From a virus (taxonomy: Duplodnaviria > Heunggongvirae > Uroviricota > Caudoviricetes): a stretch of DNA of 64,000 bases. Where the stretch lies: IMG/VR virus record IMGVR_UViG_3300042894_001948; one strand, 5' to 3'. The position numbers and the translations under genes were made by a program. The notes under the pieces are model-generated. The model saw only the letters and a program-made list of their open reading frames with translations. It was not told the origin of the DNA and ran no database searches. Shown here piece after piece: positions 57,366-64,000 of this stretch. The stretch's first letter is position 1. Every line of letters begins with the position of its first letter.

Positions 57366-57578
57366 ATGAAACATTATGTCTCAAAAGCTATGCTTGAACA
57401 AAAAATTAATCGTTTACGCCAAGAGATATCAGTCTTTGAAATCCAACATATGAAATCAGCTAACCCTAAACTTAAAAACGTAGTACACATTAAACAATTA
57501 AGAAATCAACTGTACGATTTGAAGGAACAACTGCTAATTCGTACTAATCAAACTATATTAAAAAACGGAAGAAAATAA
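57366..57578 (+). CDS. Hypothetical small protein (~70 aa)
   Basis: ATG at 57366 directly after the previous stop. Basic, helical. Confidence 0.4.
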   Translation: MKHYVSKAMLEQKINRLRQEISVFEIQHMKSANPKLKNVVHIKQLRNQLYDLKEQLLIRTNQTILKNGRK

Positions 57579-57579
57579 A

Positions 57580-57834
57580 ATGGCTAAAAATTACAAAACA
57601 TTCTCATACTTTGAATCACGTCCAGATGTTGTTAAAATCTTTGAAGATTTAGAAGCATTCCATGACTTTTGTAGAATTGAGTTACGTAAATTTGATCCAG
57701 CAGATTTATATCGCAAAGATAGTAAATCATACGGTTCGTACATAGCAAGTAAACGTCCTCGTAAACCTTATCAAGGTAATAAACCTTGGCCAAACGGTGT
57801 TAGACCAAAACATTATAATAATAAAAAAGCCTAA
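57580..57834 (+). CDS. Hypothetical small basic protein (84 aa)
   Basis: ATAAAATGG junction. A terminator hairpin follows. Confidence 0.45.
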   Translation: MAKNYKTFSYFESRPDVVKIFEDLEAFHDFCRIELRKFDPADLYRKDSKSYGSYIASKRPRKPYQGNKPWPNGVRPKHYNNKKA

Positions 57835-57852
57835 CAGTTATTTTTCAACTAT

Positions 57853-57881
57853 GAAAGCTCCGTACGGAGCTTTCACTCTTT
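57853..57881 (+). terminator. Rho-independent terminator (weak T-tract)
   Basis: GAAAGCTCCGtaCGGAGCTTTCactcttt. Confidence 0.5.
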
Positions 57882-57891
57882 AAGGAATTTT

Positions 57892-58986
57892 ATGAAACCT
57901 ACTATTTGGATATTTCCTGTAGAACCGCTAGATACTAGATATACTAGACAATGGCACACTCATATCCCTAAACAACTACGTCAGCACATCAAAGACAAAT
58001 ATAACATAGTTCAAATAGACGGAGAACAAAATGCAACTGACGTAACTCCGGGTGCATTTTTAAACTTTGTTGATACTAATGTATGGAAAAGCTCACAGCT
58101 TGTTGGGTTTTTAAAAAACTATCACAGAACTACGCCAAACGATCATTTCTTGTTTACTGATGCATGGAATCCTACTATTGTACAATTAAAGTACATTAAT
58201 GACTTAGAACATTTAAATTGGACATTTCATGGCCTATGGCACGCGGGTAATTATGACAAACATGACTTTTTAGGAAACATTACAGGTGCATGGGTTAACC
58301 TTGCAGAAAAAGCAATGTTTACATCATACACACATAATTATTTTGCTACAGAATTTCATGTAAGAATGTTTTTTGACAATATAGTACAATACGGTTATCC
58401 AAGTGAAAATCCATGGTATGACGAAGACTGGGATGAAGTGTATGACGACAAGTCTATTATAAAAACAGGTTGGCCTATGGAGTATTTAGAAGATACATTA
58501 GCTCCATATAAAGGTGCAGAAAAACGTAATTTAATATTATTTCCACATCGAATTGCTCCGGAAAAACAAGTTGATATTTTTAGAGCGTTGGCTCATCAAT
58601 TACCACAATACGATTTTGTAGTGTGCCAAGATGAAAAGCTAACTAAAGACGAATATCATAAATTACTAAGTGAAGCAAAGATCGTATTTAGTGCTAACTT
58701 ACAAGAAACATTAGGCATAAGTTGTTACGAAGGCGCATTGCTTGGTGCTATACCTATGGTTCCTGATAGATTAAGTTACAAAGAAATGTATATGTATCAT
58801 TTTAAATACCCGTCAGAATGGACTGAAAGTTATGCAGATTACGAAGCTCACAGTTATGATTTATGTAATAAAATTATTCATTATATAGAGAACTATGATA
58901 GTATAGCGCATTATGTACAAACACAAACAGAATATTTAACAAAAGAGTTTTTTAACGCAGAGAAATTATATGATAGATTTAAATAA
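57892..58986 (+). CDS. GT-B fold glycosyltransferase (GT4/GT1-like, EX7E motif)
   Basis: TAAGGA RBS. C-terminal …ANLQETLGISCYEGALLGAIPMVPD… carries the E-x7-E motif (E-TLGISCY-E) with a following G..P.V, characteristic of retaining GT4-type enzymes. Confidence 0.5.
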   Translation: MKPTIWIFPVEPLDTRYTRQWHTHIPKQLRQHIKDKYNIVQIDGEQNATDVTPGAFLNFVDTNVWKSSQLVGFLKNYHRTTPNDHFLFTDAWNPTIVQLKYINDLEHLNWTFHGLWHAGNYDKHDFLGNITGAWVNLAEKAMFTSYTHNYFATEFHVRMFFDNIVQYGYPSENPWYDEDWDEVYDDKSIIKTGWPMEYLEDTLAPYKGAEKRNLILFPHRIAPEKQVDIFRALAHQLPQYDFVVCQDEKLTKDEYHKLLSEAKIVFSANLQETLGISCYEGALLGAIPMVPDRLSYKEMYMYHFKYPSEWTESYADYEAHSYDLCNKIIHYIENYDSIAHYVQTQTEYLTKEFFNAEKLYDRFK

Positions 58987-59398
58987 AGATACAATTACAT
59001 TTACTATGGACGGAGATGCACGTTATAGTATACCAGCGTTTGATGCAAGTTCATTATCATCGTACACTGCTTCAAACATAATGAGCGGAACAGCAGCAAG
59101 TGATACTATCACTATTACAGGTAGTAATGGCATATACGGACATAATACTATATCAGGAATTGGTTCCACTAACTTAACAAGTAACTATTACGCATATAAC
59201 GGAATAGGAGCAAATACTTGGTCTAATGCCAATTGGGCTGCTGCAAATGGAAAACCATTTGTAGATGCATTTCCAGATTGGAATGCATTTAGAACACTAT
59301 GCGAAGATTATCCGGGTTTAGAAAAAGCATACGAAAATTTAAAAACAATTTATACAATTTGCTATGAAGATAGCATATTACCAAAGGATGACGAATGA
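58970..59398 (+). CDS. Hypothetical protein (142 aa)
   Basis: Overlaps both neighbours (operon-like). Confidence 0.45.
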   Translation: MIDLNKDTITFTMDGDARYSIPAFDASSLSSYTASNIMSGTAASDTITITGSNGIYGHNTISGIGSTNLTSNYYAYNGIGANTWSNANWAAANGKPFVDAFPDWNAFRTLCEDYPGLEKAYENLKTIYTICYEDSILPKDDE

Positions 59399-59925
59399 AA
59401 GTAGTAAAATATAATTGGGCACAGTTAGAAGGTGCTGCATTAGAACTTGCACGACAAATACATGCGTCTAAATGGAAACCAGATTACATTGTTGGAATTA
59501 CACGCGGGGGACTTATTCCCGCAAACTTACTTAGTCAGTATCTCGGAGTTAAGATGTTAACATTACACGTTAGTTTACGTGATCATCCGGATGATAACGA
59601 ACACAATGCATGGATGGCATGTGATGCATTTGGAATTACTGATGACGAATTAGCAAGTACTGGTCAAGCTAAAAACATTTTAATCGTTGATGATATAAAT
59701 GATTCTGGTGCAACACTTGAATGGATTAAAGCTGATTGGCAATCATTATGTTTACCAGATGATATTCGGTGGAAACATGATGTATGGCATAAGAATGTAA
59801 GATTTGCTACAATATTTGATAATAGTGCTAGTAATGCACATGTTGATTATTGTGCTGAAGAATTTGATAAACGAGACGATCCAATTTGGATCGACTTTCC
59901 TTGGGAAAACTACTGGAAGAAATAA
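59395..59925 (+). CDS. Type I phosphoribosyltransferase (purine/HGPRT-like)
   Basis: PRPP-binding motif …NILIVDDINDSGATLEW… and an N-terminal …DYIVGITRGGLIPANLLSQYLGV… hood region. 176 aa. Confidence 0.7.
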   Translation: MKVVKYNWAQLEGAALELARQIHASKWKPDYIVGITRGGLIPANLLSQYLGVKMLTLHVSLRDHPDDNEHNAWMACDAFGITDDELASTGQAKNILIVDDINDSGATLEWIKADWQSLCLPDDIRWKHDVWHKNVRFATIFDNSASNAHVDYCAEEFDKRDDPIWIDFPWENYWKK

Positions 59926-60257
59926 TGGATCTACATTCAATAGCTAACAAACACGGTATACGAAGCATAGACGTTGAACAATATTATGCTGCAGGTGATA
60001 ATTATTCGTTAGATTGGTCAAGATCAAACCTGCCAAGCGAACGAGCAAACATTACAAGGTCGTTAACTGTTAAAATACACGAGAGAGATTTTATAACGTT
60101 AATTGACAAAGCTGAAAAATGGGAAGAATGGAATAAAAAATACTATGAAGATATGTATGTTAGAGATTCTAATCCAACTGTAAAAGCAGCATACGAAAAA
60201 TATCAAATGTTTTTAGAAATAGCAAGATCGGAAGTAAAAAATGACAGATTTAACTAA
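59926..60257 (+). CDS. Hypothetical protein (~110 aa)
   Basis: ATG at 59926 overlapping the PRTase stop (ATAATGG). Confidence 0.45.
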
Positions 60258-60402
60258 AGAAGAATTACAAGAAAAAATTGCACAAGTAAAAAGTGATATG
60301 GCAAAACATAGAGATTCTAGTAATCCTCGAATGTTATTAGGGCTTGCTCAATATTTAGAATATTTAGAAGACGAATTAAAAACCTTGACAAAGAACTCTT
60401 AA
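60241..60402 (+). CDS. Small coiled-coil ORF (53 aa)
   Basis: AAAAATG overlap with the previous gene. Followed by a hairpin. Short, so the call is tentative. Confidence 0.3.
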   Translation: MTDLTKEELQEKIAQVKSDMAKHRDSSNPRMLLGLAQYLEYLEDELKTLTKNS

Positions 60403-60413
60403 CTAATAAATAA

Positions 60414-60445
60414 CAATGGGCAATCATGATAGGAATGCCCATTTT
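60414..60445 (+). terminator. Hairpin with a short T-tract (possible terminator)
   Basis: AATGGGCAatcatgataggaaTGCCCATTtt. Confidence 0.4.
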
Positions 60446-60479
60446 AAAAATCAATTATGTAAGGAGTAAGGAATCTTAT

Positions 60480-61340
60480 ATGTCATCTAATAACAATATA
60501 TATTATGTCTATGTATACTTAGATCCAAGAACACCAGGTCAATATGTTTCTACATTTTGTTCACTGTTATTTAAACCATTTTATGTAGGTTACGGTAAAA
60601 ATAATCGATTATTTGATCATCTTAAAGAAGCACGGCCTACACGAAAATATAAAAATTCACATAAATTAAACACAATTAGAGAATTAACTAGATTGCAGTT
60701 ATTACCAATAATTTTTAAAGTAGCCACTAATCTATCTGAAGAAGATGCAGTAGAATTAGAGACTAAATTAATTTTAGAATTTAGAAACTATAAAATAACA
60801 AATATTCGTGAGAGAGGGTGGGTGTCCCATCAAACTGCAAGGAGTAACCCTGTTCGTAACTTACAACCGCACATTGGGCTAAGAACAGACACAATTACAG
60901 TATACAATACTAACATCAAAGAACATACTATTATTAAGAAATCTAAATTATTAGATTTACAAGAGGCTAATAGTCATCATGATATTATTGTTACAACCGG
61001 TATTAAAACAAGAATTGGTGCTAACACTACTATGGCAAGAGTAGGTACTAATAATGGCATGTATGGTAGATCTGCAACTAAAGGGTATAAATGGTGTATA
61101 ATTAACAATGTTGAATATTTTTTATCTAAAAAAGATGTTGACTTTTACTTAGAAAACAATTATAATATTACATATGGTAGATTAAATAAACCTTCTAAAC
61201 AGAGAATAATTTTTGAAGGTGAACTTAAAGGAAAATACCGAACTAATCAAGATATTAGCGATAATCCTACACAATGCTATCAAATTGGATTAATTTGGAA
61301 ACATGATAAACCTACTTTTAAAAATCACAAACAAATATAA
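60480..61340 (+). CDS. GIY-YIG homing endonuclease (second copy)
   Basis: AAGGAG RBS. N-terminal IYYVYVYLDPR…PFYVGYGKNNRLFDH… (GIY-YIG variant). The C-terminus is basic with repeat-like helices. Confidence 0.65.
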   Translation: MSSNNNIYYVYVYLDPRTPGQYVSTFCSLLFKPFYVGYGKNNRLFDHLKEARPTRKYKNSHKLNTIRELTRLQLLPIIFKVATNLSEEDAVELETKLILEFRNYKITNIRERGWVSHQTARSNPVRNLQPHIGLRTDTITVYNTNIKEHTIIKKSKLLDLQEANSHHDIIVTTGIKTRIGANTTMARVGTNNGMYGRSATKGYKWCIINNVEYFLSKKDVDFYLENNYNITYGRLNKPSKQRIIFEGELKGKYRTNQDISDNPTQCYQIGLIWKHDKPTFKNHKQI

Positions 61341-61354
61341 CAGGAATTAAAATA

Positions 61355-62032
61355 ATGAGCTTTGATAAAACTAAAACAGATCCAGCGTTAGGTAAACGAG
61401 TAAGAGAATATTTAATTAGTAAAGGAGTTGAAACTCCAATTAATAATACGGCCCTAGTAGTTGATAATAAAACAAAAATTGACATTATTGAAAACGCATT
61501 TACAACAATATGGTCAACATTAGGAATGGACTTAACAGATGATAGTTTAGCAGAAACACCAAATCGAATGGCTAAAATGTACACAAATGAAATATATTTT
61601 GGACTTAAAGAAGAAAACTTTCCAAAGTGTACTACTATTAAAAACAAAATGGGCTACAATGAAATTGTTGTGGAAAGAAATGTAAACATACAAAGTAATT
61701 GTGAACATCACGGAGTTGTAATTGACGGCTTTGCAACAGTTGGTTATATTCCAAACGAGGTTGTACTTGGACTAAGCAAAATTAATCGTGTAGTTGAATA
61801 CTTTGCAAAACGTCCGCAAGTACAAGAAAGATTAACCGAACAAGTATTCCATGCATTAGAATACATATTAGGCACTGATAATATTGCAGTAGTTATTGAT
61901 GCAAAACATTATTGTGTTGCTGCAAGAGGTGTAGAAGATACTGGCAGTTCTACTGTTACAAGTAAGTTAGGCGGCGCATTTAAAAACGATCCAACTACTC
62001 GTGCAGAATTTATGAGTATTGTAAACAAATAA
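61355..62032 (+). CDS. folE: GTP cyclohydrolase I (FolE)
   Basis: …NIQSNCEHHGVVIDG… catalytic CEHH motif. …SKINRVVEYFAKRPQVQERLT… conserved C-terminal region. Confidence 0.85.
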   Translation: MSFDKTKTDPALGKRVREYLISKGVETPINNTALVVDNKTKIDIIENAFTTIWSTLGMDLTDDSLAETPNRMAKMYTNEIYFGLKEENFPKCTTIKNKMGYNEIVVERNVNIQSNCEHHGVVIDGFATVGYIPNEVVLGLSKINRVVEYFAKRPQVQERLTEQVFHALEYILGTDNIAVVIDAKHYCVAARGVEDTGSSTVTSKLGGAFKNDPTTRAEFMSIVNK

Positions 62033-62040
62033 GGAGAGTT

Positions 62041-62490
62041 ATGAAAGACTTAAAACTACAAATTCCAGCAGAAGGCATTATGAAAACAAGTGACTGGGGT
62101 AACAGTAAAATGTATAAAATTCAATGCACATGCGGCAACGACGATGACAATATTGAGTTTATGGTTGAGGCAGATGATCTTAATATGATCACTGTAACTA
62201 CATTTACAACACAAAAAACTGCGTACTGGGATAGACCATTTGATGTTTCGAACACATACAAAATTAAAAATTCGTTTTTAAGCAGTATTGCATACGAAAC
62301 ATTGAGCTTTCTTAACGGGTTTCAGCATCGTATTAAAATGACATGGAATTTGTGGTTTAATGGTTATCTTAAATATCAGCAGTCTACTATAATGTCCGAG
62401 CAACAGACATTAAACTATGCAGAAACATTGAAAGCTGCTATTAAAGATTGCAAAGAATTTCATAAAGAGGCTTACAATGAGAAAAACTAA
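62041..62490 (+). CDS. Hypothetical protein (149 aa)
   Basis: AAGGAGAG RBS. No recognisable motif. Confidence 0.5.
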   Translation: MKDLKLQIPAEGIMKTSDWGNSKMYKIQCTCGNDDDNIEFMVEADDLNMITVTTFTTQKTAYWDRPFDVSNTYKIKNSFLSSIAYETLSFLNGFQHRIKMTWNLWFNGYLKYQQSTIMSEQQTLNYAETLKAAIKDCKEFHKEAYNEKN

Positions 62491-62716
62491 AGAGAATCTT
62501 GAGCATAGAATCCAGCTCAAAAAAGACGAGATTGAGCGGTATATGGACAGAATTAAAAACTATCCGGCTGACAGATTGGAACGCAATGGTAAGCTATATC
62601 TTCAAAAATTACAACATAATCTTATTATCTTAGAGAACAAGGTAGACAACCGTGAAGGTCGTCGTAAACTTAACGCGTCACTAGGATATGCTAGAATCGG
62701 ATTAAACAATGTTTAA
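62477..62716 (+). CDS. Hypothetical small protein (79 aa)
   Basis: Overlaps the previous stop. Basic/helical. Confidence 0.4.
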   Translation: MRKTKENLEHRIQLKKDEIERYMDRIKNYPADRLERNGKLYLQKLQHNLIILENKVDNREGRRKLNASLGYARIGLNNV

Positions 62717-62726
62717 GGAATAACAG

Positions 62727-63533
62727 GTGACTGACTATAAACAACATATTTTAAAACATTCTTTAAATCCAAACAATCATAATATAACCCGCTATGTAAC
62801 ATTTATTGAGCATTGTAAAACCTTAGTACTTAATGACAAATACACCGAAACTCATCATATCGTTCCTAAGTCATTTGGCGGATTAGATAATATTAACAAC
62901 TTAATTACGTTAAGTGCAAGGCATCATTATATAGCACATTTATTATTAGCAAAAGGCACAAATAGTCCTAAAATGATTAAAGCATTACACTTAATGGTGT
63001 ATTCTAAAACTGGTGATGTATGCCGATCTTATAAAATAACCAATAGAGTGTATGCATACCTTAGAGAATCGCATGCAAAGGTTGTAAGTAATTATAGTAA
63101 AGGCACAGTGGTTGCAAAAAATTTGAATACTTTAGAAATTAAACGAATTCCTAAAGAACTTTTTGACAAATATAACGGTATTATATATGTTGCATTAGCA
63201 AAGGGTAGAAAAGACAGTATAGCAACTGTTAACAAAAAAAGAGAAGCTAGTAAACGACCACGCATAGTTTGTCAACAATCTATAGTTAGAAGCCAAACTG
63301 CATCTAAATACTCTTACTGTACACCTAAAGGATTTTGTAACACTAGTAAAGAACTACTAACAGTTTATCCAACATTTACTAAAAATACATTGACTATTAT
63401 TAATAATGATGTTATTATAACACATAAATTTGCGTCAATTCATAATGAGTTTTCAACGTTTGTTGGAAAATCTTTTAAAGAATTTGGTATAACTAAATTA
63501 ATCAAGGATAATACATGTCACACATTAAAATAA
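62727..63533 (+). CDS. HNH homing endonuclease
   Basis: …TETHHIVPKSFGGLDNINNLITLSARHHYIAH… (H-N-H core with flanking histidines). Confidence 0.7.
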   Translation: MTDYKQHILKHSLNPNNHNITRYVTFIEHCKTLVLNDKYTETHHIVPKSFGGLDNINNLITLSARHHYIAHLLLAKGTNSPKMIKALHLMVYSKTGDVCRSYKITNRVYAYLRESHAKVVSNYSKGTVVAKNLNTLEIKRIPKELFDKYNGIIYVALAKGRKDSIATVNKKREASKRPRIVCQQSIVRSQTASKYSYCTPKGFCNTSKELLTVYPTFTKNTLTIINNDVIITHKFASIHNEFSTFVGKSFKEFGITKLIKDNTCHTLK

Positions 63534-64000
63534 GCGAGATATTTTACTCACTGCAAGGCGAAGGGCGATTTATGGGAGTACCGTCAATTTTTTTACGAAC
63601 ATTTGGTTGCAATTTTCGCTGTAGAGGTTTTGGAATGCAAAACGGTGAATTAAGTACGGAAGCTTTGGATCTTGCAAAATCTGCATCATTATATACAAGC
63701 TATAATTTACTTCCATTAGTAACTACCGGTTGTGACTCATATGCTGCGATATATCCGCAGTTTAAGCGTTTAAGTCCAACTATGTCAATAGACGAAGTTG
63801 CAGCTAAAATGATTGAGCTGTTACCTAACGGTGAATGGGGTGGTGTACACTTAGTTATTACAGGTGGCGAACCATTATTACCAGGTTGGCAACAAATATA
63901 TCCAGAATTACTAAGACATCCTAAACTTGCAGACTTAAAAAACATTACATTCGAAACTAATGGTACACAAGAACTGTTACAAGATTTTGAAAACTACTTA
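63515..64000 (+). CDS. queE: 7-carboxy-7-deazaguanine synthase QueE (radical SAM), 3'-truncated by the window end
   Basis: …ISEIFYSLQGEGRFMGVPSIFLRTFGCNFRC… (QueE N-terminus and a Cys cluster) and …VITGGEPLL…. The ATG at 63515 overlaps the HNH stop. The reading frame is open to the window end. Confidence 0.75.
   Translation, partial: MSHIKISEIFYSLQGEGRFMGVPSIFLRTFGCNFRCRGFGMQNGELSTEALDLAKSASLYTSYNLLPLVTTGCDSYAAIYPQFKRLSPTMSIDEVAAKMIELLPNGEWGGVHLVITGGEPLLPGWQQIYPELLRHPKLADLKNITFETNGTQELLQDFENYL

Noticed and set aside
60385-60413. TTGACA at 60385 as another consensus promoter
   Set aside because: No acceptable -10 hexamer lies at 16-18 nt spacing (AAATAA / AATAAC only). The TTGACA is probably part of the small ORF and terminator region.
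1-64000. tRNA genes, rRNA and CRISPR arrays
   Set aside because: The few non-coding gaps (23420-23685, 33640-33788, 49508-49626, 60403-60479) contain promoters or hairpins but nothing with a cloverleaf-compatible arrangement or repeat-spacer periodicity. tRNAs were judged by eye only, so short ones could be missed.

Overview
This 64-kb window reads as a segment of a large, AT-rich virulent phage genome. The host is probably Gram-negative, judged from the lipoprotein/spanin lysis cassette and the near-consensus sigma70 promoters. I saw no rRNA, tRNA or CRISPR array.

The left ~22 kb (minus strand) holds three consecutive fibre/adhesin-like virion genes of 2529, 356 and 4426 aa. They are built from internally repeated domains, and the repeats are also visible at the DNA level. 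The 356-aa protein ends in an S74-type intramolecular-chaperone domain.

The rest of the window is mostly plus strand. It contains a tail-fibre/baseplate-like block, whose 871-aa gene has He_PIG Ig-like repeats and a T4-late-type TATAAATA box. It also contains a lysis cassette: a GH19 endolysin, an overlapping i-/o-spanin pair, and a lipoprotein.

A distant T4-like replication and auxiliary set is present: a gp43-like family-B DNA polymerase, a gp44/RFC-like clamp loader, a possible sliding clamp, a gp31/GroES-like co-chaperonin, DnaJ, a ClpA-like AAA+ ATPase, an SPFH/band-7 lipoprotein with a coupled small membrane partner, PhoH and dCMP deaminase.

The most notable content is a 7-deazaguanine DNA-modification gene set: a DpdA-like DNA-guanine transglycosylase, FolE (GTP cyclohydrolase I), QueE (cut at the window end) and QueD (about 33 kb upstream). 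It is embedded in an unusual neighbourhood with a second short QueD/PTPS-like T-fold protein, a GT-B glycosyltransferase with an EX7E motif, a type-I phosphoribosyltransferase, and three homing endonucleases (two GIY-YIG, one HNH). I read this as a candidate for a novel hypermodified deazapurine pathway.

At least six near-consensus TTGACA-N16/17-TATAAT promoters and several clean rho-independent terminators punctuate the plus-strand genes. One terminator physically contains a promoter -35 box in its loop.

All functional calls come from motifs read by eye. No database search was run.
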